Assembly: GCA_023266165.1 (NCBI GenBank)
Contig: JAHFRR010000003.1
Span: 1 to 25,857, forward strand
Direction: 5' to 3'
DNA: 25,857 bases
Origin: Thiotrichales bacterium
GTDB taxonomy: Bacteria; Pseudomonadota; Gammaproteobacteria; Francisellales; CACEW01
The translations under genes were made by a program, and so were the position numbers. Shown here in pieces: positions 16,125 to 24,489 of this stretch (the first letter of the stretch is position 1; every line of letters begins with the position of its first letter). The notes under the pieces were generated by a model. The model was given only the letters and a program-made list of their open reading frames with translations, was not told the origin of the DNA and did not search any database.

Positions 16125-17408
16125 ATGCACATGAATGTCACCCTCTCCCATCACCCCGCCGCAAAACCTTGGAACCCAGACGCTGCGTTCTCTCTCCAGG
16201 GTACTGACCTGGTTTTTCACATTCCTGAGAATGACCCTTATTTTCTCAGAAAGCTACAGCGTACCGCTAAAACCTGCCAGACCCTACCCTGCCGGAGTTT
16301 TCATCTCAAAGGTAATGCATGGACTTTCGAGCGTCAATGGGCGTTTTATTCAGGGATTTCCCACCCTACCAAACTGGTCTCTATCACGGCTGATCTCACT
16401 GATCCGCTTTATACCCAACGCATTGCAACGGCGACTTGGCTCAAGAAGTTACTCAATGGCACACCCGATGAGATCTACCCCGCGGTGCTGATTCGCGAGA
16501 TTGACGCACATCTCAAATCCCTTACCCCCTACCTGACCTCTCAGTTTATTGAAGGCGAGGATCTCTTATCTCAAGGCTGGATAGGTACCTACACCGTAGG
16601 CAAAGGCAGCCAACATACCCCCGCTATCGCCATTTATGACTACAACCCCACCCAAAACCCCAACGCACCCGTCTCAGCAATTCTGGTGGGCAAAGGCATT
16701 ACCTTTGACTCAGGAGGGTACAGCCTCAAAACCAGTGAAGGCATGATCTCCATGAAAATGGACAAAGGGGGGGCTGTCACCGTGGCCGCTGCTTTAAGCT
16801 TCGCCATTTCACAGGGGTTACGTACTCGTGTGAAAGTCATTATCGCCTCCGCTGAAAACATGGTAAATAGCCGTGCGTACAAGCTAGGTGATATCCTCTC
16901 ATACAAAAACGGTGAAACTGTTGAGATTCTCAATACAGATGCTGAAGGCCGCTTGGTTCTAGCAGATGCACTCCAAATTGCATCTCTGGACAAACCTCAG
17001 TGGATCATCGATGCCGCAACCCTGACAGGGGCGATCGGAACCGCCTTGGCAGATGAGTATTCTGGACTGTTCACCCAGCACAATGCCCTGGCTGAAAAGA
17101 TCTTAGCCGCTGGCAAAACACATCACGACCCCCTCTGGCGCATGCCGTTAGAGGCCTGGCATCGTGACAACCTCCCCTCAGCGTTTGCAAAATTGGCCAA
17201 TGGCAGCATCGCTAAAGGCGGCGGCATTGGAGGTTCCAGCAACGCGGCAGGGTTTCTCACACGCTTCGTTGACCCCAGTATTCCCTTTGCCCATTTAGAC
17301 ATTGCCTACTCGATCTATCACGAGCAAGGCAATAGCCTGTATGGCCCAGGAGCTAACGGGCGGCTCTTCACTGTACTCAGCCATCTTTTGTTGAATCACG
17401 CCCTATAA
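16125..17408 (+). CDS. pepB: M17 leucyl aminopeptidase, PepB type
   Basis: LVGKGITFDSGGYSLK, MK.D.GG, ENM, NTDAEGRLVLADAL, D.ATLTGA and WRMPL; 427 aa with a short PepB-like N-domain. Confidence 0.88.
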   Translation: MHMNVTLSHHPAAKPWNPDAAFSLQGTDLVFHIPENDPYFLRKLQRTAKTCQTLPCRSFHLKGNAWTFERQWAFYSGISHPTKLVSITADLTDPLYTQRIATATWLKKLLNGTPDEIYPAVLIREIDAHLKSLTPYLTSQFIEGEDLLSQGWIGTYTVGKGSQHTPAIAIYDYNPTQNPNAPVSAILVGKGITFDSGGYSLKTSEGMISMKMDKGGAVTVAAALSFAISQGLRTRVKVIIASAENMVNSRAYKLGDILSYKNGETVEILNTDAEGRLVLADALQIASLDKPQWIIDAATLTGAIGTALADEYSGLFTQHNALAEKILAAGKTHHDPLWRMPLEAWHRDNLPSAFAKLANGSIAKGGGIGGSSNAAGFLTRFVDPSIPFAHLDIAYSIYHEQGNSLYGPGANGRLFTVLSHLLLNHAL

Positions 17409-17428
17409 AATGCAGGAGCACCTTTCTC

Positions 17429-18454
17429 ATGAAACTCATCACCGTCACAGATTTGGAAACCCTGGTCGCGACGCATGGTTTTAAAAAATTGACTCAAGAT
17501 CTTGTGACCTATCTCAAAAACGATTTCAGTGATTGGAAGAGCTTTGACAAAAGCCCGCGCCATGCGTGCCATGTGCCTGATGGCGTGATCGAACTGATGC
17601 CCATTTGCAATCATCAGTACTATGCCTTCAAATATGTCAATGGGCACCCTAAAAACCCCCTCTCTGGCAAGCAAACCATTGTCGCCACAGGCCAGCTCTC
17701 ACAGGTTGTGGATGGCCATCCTCTCTTGATCTCTGAGATGACCGTGCTCACAGCGTTTAGAACCGCAGCAACCACGATTTTGGCCACAGACTTTTTAGCG
17801 AGACCAGATAGCCATGTATTAGCGATGATTGGCACAGGCGCACAAAGCGAGTTTCAAACACTGGCCCAGACATTGATACGTGATATCCAAGAAGTCCGTT
17901 TTTTTGATACAGATCCCCTCGCCATGGACAAATATCAAAAAAACCTATCCCATCGAGCCTTCAAACTCACGCGCTGTGAGTCTGCCGAACAAGCCTGTCT
18001 GGGCGCAGACATCATCACCGTCTGCACAGCATGCAAAGGCCATGTGAACGTCATCTGCAATGACTGGATCCAACCAGGGGTACATATCAACGGGCTGGGA
18101 GGCGATTGTCCAGGGAAAACAGAACTCGAGAAATCTTTGCTTTATCGCAGCAAGATTGTCGTCGAATTCCTTCCCCAGTCTATGATTGAGGGGGAGATCC
18201 AACGACTGACACCCACTGAAGTTGCCTCTCATGTCCATGCTGAACTCTGGGAGCTCATCACCCATCAAAAGCCAGGCCGAGAAAACCCTGATGAAATCAC
18301 TTTGTTTGACTCTGTCGGCTTTGCTCTGGAAGACTTTTCAGCGCTCAGACTCACGCACGATCTTGCCAAGATTCACAAAATTGGGCATGACATCGATATG
18401 ATCCCACCACTTTCAGATCCCAAAGACTTGATCTCGGCGATTAAGAATTTTTAG
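17429..18454 (+). CDS. ocd: Ornithine cyclodeaminase
   Basis: W..FDKSPR.A.H..DGVIELMP, YAFKYVNGHPKN, SEMT.LTA.RTAA, IG.GAQSEFQ, GGDCPGKTEL and TLFDSVGFALEDFSAL; CAGGAG RBS. Confidence 0.93.
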   Translation: MKLITVTDLETLVATHGFKKLTQDLVTYLKNDFSDWKSFDKSPRHACHVPDGVIELMPICNHQYYAFKYVNGHPKNPLSGKQTIVATGQLSQVVDGHPLLISEMTVLTAFRTAATTILATDFLARPDSHVLAMIGTGAQSEFQTLAQTLIRDIQEVRFFDTDPLAMDKYQKNLSHRAFKLTRCESAEQACLGADIITVCTACKGHVNVICNDWIQPGVHINGLGGDCPGKTELEKSLLYRSKIVVEFLPQSMIEGEIQRLTPTEVASHVHAELWELITHQKPGRENPDEITLFDSVGFALEDFSALRLTHDLAKIHKIGHDIDMIPPLSDPKDLISAIKNF

Positions 18455-18500
18455 TTGCTGCGCAAAGGCAGATAATACAGCTTCGATTTATTTTAGAGAC

Positions 18501-18710
18501 CTATTTCAAATTTTCTTTTTTGATTCTCAAGATCATCTCTTTTGAGAGACCTGTAGACTCAGCGATGATATCATCCTCCAAGCCTTTCAGGAAAAGGTTT
18601 TTTGCAATCACTTCCTTTTCGCGTTGAGCACCCTTCTGCATACCCTCTTGGGTACCTTCTTGAATTCCCTGCGCAAAATATCGTTGTCCAATTTGTTCAG
18701 CGACAGTCAT
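18501..18710 (-). CDS. Predicted intragenic in-frame small protein (RpnS-type antitoxin), 69 aa
   Basis: Internal ATG of MTVAEQ at 18710 is preceded by SD GAGGA (18722..18718) with a 7-nt spacer, at the position where RpnS starts in characterised Rpn genes. Confidence 0.7.
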   Translation of the reverse strand: MTVAEQIGQRYFAQGIQEGTQEGMQKGAQREKEVIAKNLFLKGLEDDIIAESTGLSKEMILRIKKENLK

Positions 18711-19424
18711 GATAATATCCTCATCTTTGGGTAAGTAATCCAAAAGGGCGATTTTCAAGTCATTTTCTGAGATATCCGCCCTTTCTATAAGATATCTTAT
18801 CACAATACGCCGTTCAGCGTCACCTACCGTTTGCAACGCTTGGATGATCCCACGGTAGTTTTTTGAAAAACTGGGAAGGCGTATGTGTTTAAGAAGAAGC
18901 TCAACAGGGCCAATACCAGCATGGGCCGTGAGCTCTTCGTCAGAAAGGCTGGCTAAGTCAATTAACAGGGGGCAACTGAAATAACGCATGGAGAGCTCTG
19001 GGCTTTCAAAGCAATCTGCGATGTCCATAGAGTAAGGGTAAGGGCGTTTCCCTTGGTAATAGACAATCGAGATGATGGGCGGACATTTTTTAAGGCCATT
19101 GGCATGAACATATTTCAAGAGTTCGCTGGACTGATAGTTGACGGTACGCATAGGCATCATCGCATCTGGCTGTCCTTGATGCTCAAAATGAATCCACAAA
19201 AATCCGAGTTCATCTTGGATTCTCGCTTGATAGACCACATCTGCGATATGCTCATTCAGCGTTTTCTCTTCCTTGTGATCTCCGCTCAACTGGTAAAGCT
19301 CCAGGGTGTCCCAATGGATCAGCTTCTGGATGTCTTCTGGTAGATAGGTTTTTAAAAGCGGGATGACAAATGAGGCTTGTCTGAGCAGCAGTTTGAACGT
19401 ATGGTCATGATCGTTTTTGGACAT
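18501..19424 (-). CDS. Rpn family recombination-promoting nuclease / YhgA-like (Transposase_31) protein, long form
   Basis: HD..FK, .D.VY, FEHQ, M..R...Y, I..IVYYQGKRPYPYS and a C-terminal MTVAEQ...QGIQEG.QEG.QKG...IAKNL...GL....I...TGLS tail. Confidence 0.9.
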   Translation of the reverse strand: MSKNDHDHTFKLLLRQASFVIPLLKTYLPEDIQKLIHWDTLELYQLSGDHKEEKTLNEHIADVVYQARIQDELGFLWIHFEHQGQPDAMMPMRTVNYQSSELLKYVHANGLKKCPPIISIVYYQGKRPYPYSMDIADCFESPELSMRYFSCPLLIDLASLSDEELTAHAGIGPVELLLKHIRLPSFSKNYRGIIQALQTVGDAERRIVIRYLIERADISENDLKIALLDYLPKDEDIIMTVAEQIGQRYFAQGIQEGTQEGMQKGAQREKEVIAKNLFLKGLEDDIIAESTGLSKEMILRIKKENLK

Positions 19425-19476
19425 AAAAAGCTGCCTTTTTCTTTTGATTCACAGGAGAAATTTTAAAACAAACTGA

Positions 19477-19511
19477 ATACAAATTGTATCACTATGCCTA
19501 TAAAATGTAAA
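19477..19511 (-). promoter_or_regulatory. Putative sigma70 promoter of rpn with overlapping palindrome
   Basis: Minus strand TTTACA (19511..19506)-17 nt-TACAAT (19488..19483) with an extended -10 TG. The dyad ATACAA-A-TTGTAT (19477..19489) covers the -10. Confidence 0.55.
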
Positions 19512-19633
19512 CAACTGCCGTTTCTCGGAAGTTTCATAGGGCAGCCCTGCCAGATCGCCTGAATAAGCTTTACGAAACAGGGGGTTTATGCAAAAATACC
19601 CACACCTCATCGCCACCCATAGGATATGACCCC

Positions 19634-20521
19634 ATGCACCTACCCCATCCCACACGCCCCTTGACCGTGATCGGTTCTGGCATTGGACAATGCGGGCGAA
19701 TCATCGGGTGCGAGCACGCTCCTGAGGTTATTCTACACGCCCTTGCAGGCCAAGCGGTTCAACACGCCATTCGACCTGATAGCCATCTTTTATATTATCG
19801 TGGCGATGCACATGATCTTAACGCTCAACAAGCTTATTTTACCCAAATCGCGCAACTGACTGAGCAGACGCTCGCACATCACCAGTTCCCTTTACTGCTG
19901 GGTGGAGACCATGCCTGCGCTATCGGGACGTGGAGTGGCGCCAGCCATTACCTTCAAACCCACAAAAATGCCCCCTTAAGCCTGATTTGGGTGGATGCCC
20001 ATTTAGATGCTCATCGGCCTGACACCTCACCTTCAGGAAATCTACACGGCATGCCAGTCGCCCATCTCTTGGGGCATGGCGCTCAAGCGCTGTGCGAGAT
20101 TTTATCCCACACCCCAAAGCTCAAGCCAGAATATTTAGTGTATTTCGGGATACGCTCTTTCGAAACACCCGAGCTTGAATTACTCACGAAGCTGGGTGTC
20201 AAAATTTATTACCAGCATGAGTTAACACCTCAGCGCTTTCAAGCCAACTTTACAGCCGAATATGCACGTTTGGTCAACGCTACAGGCCAAGTGGGTATTA
20301 GCCTAGATCTCGATGGTTTAGATGCCACAGAGATCATTGCTGTTGGCACCCCAGAGGGCGAAGGCATTGGTATTCACTCGTTTTTAAACACCCTCAAAAA
20401 CTGTGACTTAACCTCTCTGTTGGCTTTTGAGATCGCGGAGTACAACCCTCAACTGGATACGTATCGGCACTCTTTGCAATTTATCATTGAATTGATTAAA
20501 GTCTTAAACCATGGAATTTGA
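19634..20521 (+). CDS. Arginase (ureohydrolase family)
   Basis: GGDHACAIG, WVDAHLD, SPSGNLHGMP, G.RS and SLDLDGLD...VGTP motifs; the SGNLHGMP segment is arginase-type. Confidence 0.9.
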   Translation: MHLPHPTRPLTVIGSGIGQCGRIIGCEHAPEVILHALAGQAVQHAIRPDSHLLYYRGDAHDLNAQQAYFTQIAQLTEQTLAHHQFPLLLGGDHACAIGTWSGASHYLQTHKNAPLSLIWVDAHLDAHRPDTSPSGNLHGMPVAHLLGHGAQALCEILSHTPKLKPEYLVYFGIRSFETPELELLTKLGVKIYYQHELTPQRFQANFTAEYARLVNATGQVGISLDLDGLDATEIIAVGTPEGEGIGIHSFLNTLKNCDLTSLLAFEIAEYNPQLDTYRHSLQFIIELIKVLNHGI

Positions 20522-21926
20522 CCTTAAAACCTGGGCGAAGCTCTATCAAACCGAACCACCTCTCACGACAGAGACGCCCCATTCAGCAACGCGCGAGCTC
20601 TCGCAGCTTGCCCTTGAGGATCTCCCCCGCGCACTGGCGCTTTGGCAAAGCATCGATCAAGCGACGGTGCAACAATTTCAGCACTATTTACCCCAGATCC
20701 AACGACTTCAACAGCCTATCCTAGAGAGTGCTTATACCGCCAGAGTTTTTCTGGTTGGCTGTGGTTCCAGCGGAAGGCTCGCCTACTGGATGCAAGCGTA
20801 TCTACGAGAAACCCACCCTAATCTCAAGATCATCGCACTGTTAGCCGGTGGAACCGGAGCGCTCATTCGCTCTCAAGAAGGGATTGAAGACAGCCTCACT
20901 CAAGGGGAAAATGCGTTAAAGCCTTACCAGCTCACTGCCCACGATTATGTGATAGGCCTTGCAGCCAGCGGACGTACACCGTACGTGTTAGGCGCTTTGA
21001 CCGCTGCCGTTCACGCCCAATCGGGCGCTTTACTCATGCTCAATAACCCGCTTCATCAAGTGAAACCAAGGCTCAAAAACCCTGAGCTTTTAGATCAGAT
21101 CCAAACGCTGGTGTTAGACGTGGGCCCTATGGCATTAACCGGTAGTACACGGTTACAAGCTACGACGGCACTCCAGCTGGCTTTACTGGTTTTGTTAGAT
21201 CCTGATTTTGATTTTGTACACTTTCAAACTTTCTTTAATACACTGGACTTCCAGGCCCTAGCGCCTTTGATTCGATATGAGTCTGAGATCCTGAACCAAC
21301 CTGGCTTTCCCGTTCTAAAAAACCCTCTGGAGTATCAGAGCGATCCCATCTGCCTCTTGACTGTCTTAGCGGATTTAACCGAGCGTGCCCCAACATTTAA
21401 TTTACCTCCCATCACACCTACTCCCTCTGCCTCTCCCTGGCAAATTAAAACAAAAAATCAAGCAGATATGGCCCAGCTCAGCCAATTGGCAACCTTTACC
21501 CTACCTGAAGCCCCTACGCCTTATCAGCTGAAAATTCAAATAGATTTTATAGACCCTCTGAGCCAGGCTGCGCTTCCGGCCATTCAGAGATTCTCAAATC
21601 AAGCCTGTTTAAGCCTACCCAACACGCTCCCCTTAGCCTATTCACAGTTGGCACTCAAATGCCTTTTGAACGCCCACTCAACACTGACCTTAGGGCGACT
21701 TGGGTATTTCTCAGGAAACCAAATGACTCATCTCTCCCCCAGCAATGCCAAGTTGATTGACCGTGCGATCCGCTACGCCTTAGCCTATGCGCCCCAAGGA
21801 ATGACCTATGAATCTGCCGCACAGATCGCACTGAGCCTGATACAGACCCCTTCAACAGGAACCTCCATCGTAGAGCGATTAACCGCTGCGTTGTGTGAAG
21901 CCTCTCTTTGCAGCCCTTCAAGATAA
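20511..21926 (+). CDS. MurQ / glucokinase-regulatory-protein-like tandem-SIS protein
   Basis: TE..H..T.EL, GCGSSGRL, AGG..AL..SQEGIED, VIGLAASGRTPYV.G, GP..LTGSTRLQA.T, internal DLTERAPTF and K..LN.HST..LGRLG...N.M..L.PSN.KL.DRA.R; 471 aa versus about 300 aa for canonical MurQ. Confidence 0.8.
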   Translation: MEFDLKTWAKLYQTEPPLTTETPHSATRELSQLALEDLPRALALWQSIDQATVQQFQHYLPQIQRLQQPILESAYTARVFLVGCGSSGRLAYWMQAYLRETHPNLKIIALLAGGTGALIRSQEGIEDSLTQGENALKPYQLTAHDYVIGLAASGRTPYVLGALTAAVHAQSGALLMLNNPLHQVKPRLKNPELLDQIQTLVLDVGPMALTGSTRLQATTALQLALLVLLDPDFDFVHFQTFFNTLDFQALAPLIRYESEILNQPGFPVLKNPLEYQSDPICLLTVLADLTERAPTFNLPPITPTPSASPWQIKTKNQADMAQLSQLATFTLPEAPTPYQLKIQIDFIDPLSQAALPAIQRFSNQACLSLPNTLPLAYSQLALKCLLNAHSTLTLGRLGYFSGNQMTHLSPSNAKLIDRAIRYALAYAPQGMTYESAAQIALSLIQTPSTGTSIVERLTAALCEASLCSPSR

Positions 21927-21965
21927 CGCTATACTGACCCCATGATATCCCTTTCAGGAGCATTT

Positions 21966-22802
21966 ATGCCTGCGTTTCGTCATATTGGGCTTTTTTGTCT
22001 GAAAGGCCATGCGCAAAGCCAAGAAACTCTCGAGAGTTTACAACAGCAGCTTGAAGCGCGTCACTATCAAGTCTCTCTTTATCCATTGACATCTCCTGAA
22101 ACAGATCCTGAAAAAACCCCTGTTGATGTGGTGATTTCGATTGGAGGGGATGGCACACTCTTGCGTATCGCACGAGGCCTGTCTTTGCAAGGCATTCCTG
22201 TGATCGGCATCAATCGCGGCACCCTAGGCTTTTTAACTGATATTTTGCCCCACCAGATTCTTTCTCACCTGATCCCGATGCTCGAGGGCCATGCACAAGA
22301 AAGCCAGCGCTTTTTGCTCGAAGGAAGTTCTCCTCAGCATTCAAAAAAAAATAACGCCCTCAATGATATTGTCTTGTTTTCAGGGCAAGCATCACTGCTA
22401 GAGTTTGAACTCAGGATTGACGGCGAGTTTGTGTATCGACAACGCTCTGACGGCTTGATTATCTCAACCCCGACAGGCTCTACCGCCTATGCACTCTCGG
22501 CAGGTGGCCCTGTCCTCACTCCTGATGTGGACGCCATTTTACTTGTCCCCAAATCTCCCCACGCCTTGTCTTTTCGCCCCCTGGTGATCCCCAGCCATCA
22601 AAACATTCAACTGGAAGTCATCAACTATCGAGATCAAGCCCCTAAAATTAGCTTTGATGGGCATGAAGAGTGGGTTTTAGAACGCGAGGAGCTTTTTACT
22701 ATTTCACGTCAAGCCAAGCCGCTCCGGCTCTTGCATCCAAAAACCCATAATGATTACCAAGTGCTACGCAGCAAGCTGCATTGGTCTGTGATGCCCACCT
22801 GA
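21966..22802 (+). CDS. nadK: NAD kinase
   Basis: GGDGTLL, GINRG.LGFL, NDIV and DGLIISTPTGSTAYALSAGGP. Start moved to ATG 21966 (AGGAG RBS). Confidence 0.96.
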   Translation: MPAFRHIGLFCLKGHAQSQETLESLQQQLEARHYQVSLYPLTSPETDPEKTPVDVVISIGGDGTLLRIARGLSLQGIPVIGINRGTLGFLTDILPHQILSHLIPMLEGHAQESQRFLLEGSSPQHSKKNNALNDIVLFSGQASLLEFELRIDGEFVYRQRSDGLIISTPTGSTAYALSAGGPVLTPDVDAILLVPKSPHALSFRPLVIPSHQNIQLEVINYRDQAPKISFDGHEEWVLEREELFTISRQAKPLRLLHPKTHNDYQVLRSKLHWSVMPT

Positions 22803-22811
22803 GCCTATCTT

Positions 22812-22839
22812 AAATTAAAAACCTTAAAAATTAAAAACC
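22812..22839. repeat. 12-bp direct repeat (period 16) upstream of recN
   Basis: AAATTAAAAACC at 22812..22823 and 22828..22839. Confidence 0.55.
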
Positions 22840-22857
22840 AAAAGAGATTGTGAGACA

Positions 22858-24489
22858 ATGCTGATAGAGTTAAGCCTTGAAAACTTCACCCTGATTGAGT
22901 CCCAGACGCTGCGCTTATCTTCAGGTATGACCGTCATTACAGGCGAAACGGGTGCGGGGAAATCGATTTGGGTGGACGCTCTCAATTTGCTACTGGGCGC
23001 CCGAGGCGATGCCCACTTTGTACGCCATCAAACCCCCTACGCGCGATTACGTGCGATCTTCAAGATCCCCGGCGAAACTCAAGACATCTTGCTTGAGCGC
23101 GTGATTCACGCCGATGGTAAATCTAAGGCCTCCATCCAAAACATCCCTTGCTCGTTACAGCAACTCAAGCAAACAGGGACAAAACTGATGGGTATTCATG
23201 GCCAGCATGAGCATCAAGCCTTACTCAACCTGGAGAGACAAGCGAGTCTACTCGATCAATTTGGCGGACACCACCCTCTCTTAGCGCTTTTATCTCAGAT
23301 CACAGAAGATTTAAAAGCCGCATCCACTGAACGCACCACTGTCTTGGAGCAGCAACAAAAAGCGCAGCATGCCTTGACCCTCCTAGACTATCAAATTCAG
23401 GAATTAGAAGCCGTGGGCCTGAAAGATCTGGATCTCCAAGCCCTGGATGCCGAGCTGAGCCGATTGACCCATGCTATCACCCTGCAAACGACCACACAGC
23501 ACATCTCAGAGGCACTGCTTCATGCTGAAGAGGCAGTGTGTGCTCCCCTACAGAGGATGCTCTCAGAGCTCACCCCCTTACTCAAACACGACCCAGCGCT
23601 TCAAGACCCGCGAGATCGATTACACGCAGCGGTGTTAGAGCTAGCAGAACTAGGCCATGACATGGCGCGCTATAGCGAGCGCATGGCGTTTGATCCTGCG
23701 CGACTTGCCCATCTGGAGGCACAGTTCTTACGATTTTCAGATCTGGCCCGCAAACACCATATTGATATTCAAGATCTGCCCCAGCATCTCACCCATCTGC
23801 TGGCAGAGCGCGCATGCTTTGAAGATCTCGGGGAGCGCTTGATCCAGTTGGATCAGACCCTTTCAAGGCAAAAGCAAGCCTATCTCACAACCGCCACCGA
23901 ACTCTCTCACCAGCGTGCGATCAGCGCACACGCACTGGCCCAGCGTATCGACGCCCTATTGCCTGAGATTGCCATTCATCAAGGGCGTTTTGAGGTGAGA
24001 CTGACCTCCAAACCCTTACACCTCTATAGCCCACTGGGATTGGAGTCGGGGGAATTCTGGATGTCAACCAATCCAGGGCAGCCGCTCTCCCCGATCAGCC
24101 AAATTGTTTCTGGAGGGGAGCTTTCTCGCATCAGCCTGGCCCTCCAGCGGGTGATGGATGCTCAAGCCCCCCTCCCCACACGTATCTTTGATGAAGTCGA
24201 TGTGGGCATCAGTGGCGCCATCGCTGAGCAGATAGGGAGATTGCTCAAGCGCTTAAGCCAACACACCCAAGTCTTGTGTATCACTCACCTCCCTCAAGTT
24301 GCAGCACTGGCAGATCATCATTTTCAAATCCAAAAACATCATCACACCCATCATGCCTACTCAACGGTCACAGAAGTCACAGGTCAAGCCCGCGTGAGAG
24401 CCTTAGCAGAACTGATGGGCGGTCTTGAGATCACAGCCCTGACCCTCTCCAATGCACAAGCCTGGCTAGATCAAGCAGGCCTTTCATGA
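22858..24489 (+). CDS. recN: DNA repair protein RecN
   Basis: L.ENF.LI, ITGETGAGKS, IHGQHEHQ.LL, coiled coil, SGGELSR, IFDEVDVGISG and QVLCITHLPQVAA. Confidence 0.96.
   Translation: MLIELSLENFTLIESQTLRLSSGMTVITGETGAGKSIWVDALNLLLGARGDAHFVRHQTPYARLRAIFKIPGETQDILLERVIHADGKSKASIQNIPCSLQQLKQTGTKLMGIHGQHEHQALLNLERQASLLDQFGGHHPLLALLSQITEDLKAASTERTTVLEQQQKAQHALTLLDYQIQELEAVGLKDLDLQALDAELSRLTHAITLQTTTQHISEALLHAEEAVCAPLQRMLSELTPLLKHDPALQDPRDRLHAAVLELAELGHDMARYSERMAFDPARLAHLEAQFLRFSDLARKHHIDIQDLPQHLTHLLAERACFEDLGERLIQLDQTLSRQKQAYLTTATELSHQRAISAHALAQRIDALLPEIAIHQGRFEVRLTSKPLHLYSPLGLESGEFWMSTNPGQPLSPISQIVSGGELSRISLALQRVMDAQAPLPTRIFDEVDVGISGAIAEQIGRLLKRLSQHTQVLCITHLPQVAALADHHFQIQKHHHTHHAYSTVTEVTGQARVRALAELMGGLEITALTLSNAQAWLDQAGLS

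Noticed and set aside
19474-19491. TGAAT-N4-ATT as an ArgR box upstream of arginase
   Set aside because: The right half-site is poor and there is no tandem second box. It is better explained as the rpn -10 region.
22343-22351. A9 tract inside nadK as a phase-variation site
   Set aside because: The frame is intact, the gene is normally essential, and the run simply encodes Ser-Lys-Lys-Asn.
13959-22839. Short tandem or direct repeats (13959..13988, 16001..16030, 22812..22839) as CRISPR remnants
   Set aside because: The units are 10-12 bp with no spacers of CRISPR length and no cas genes.
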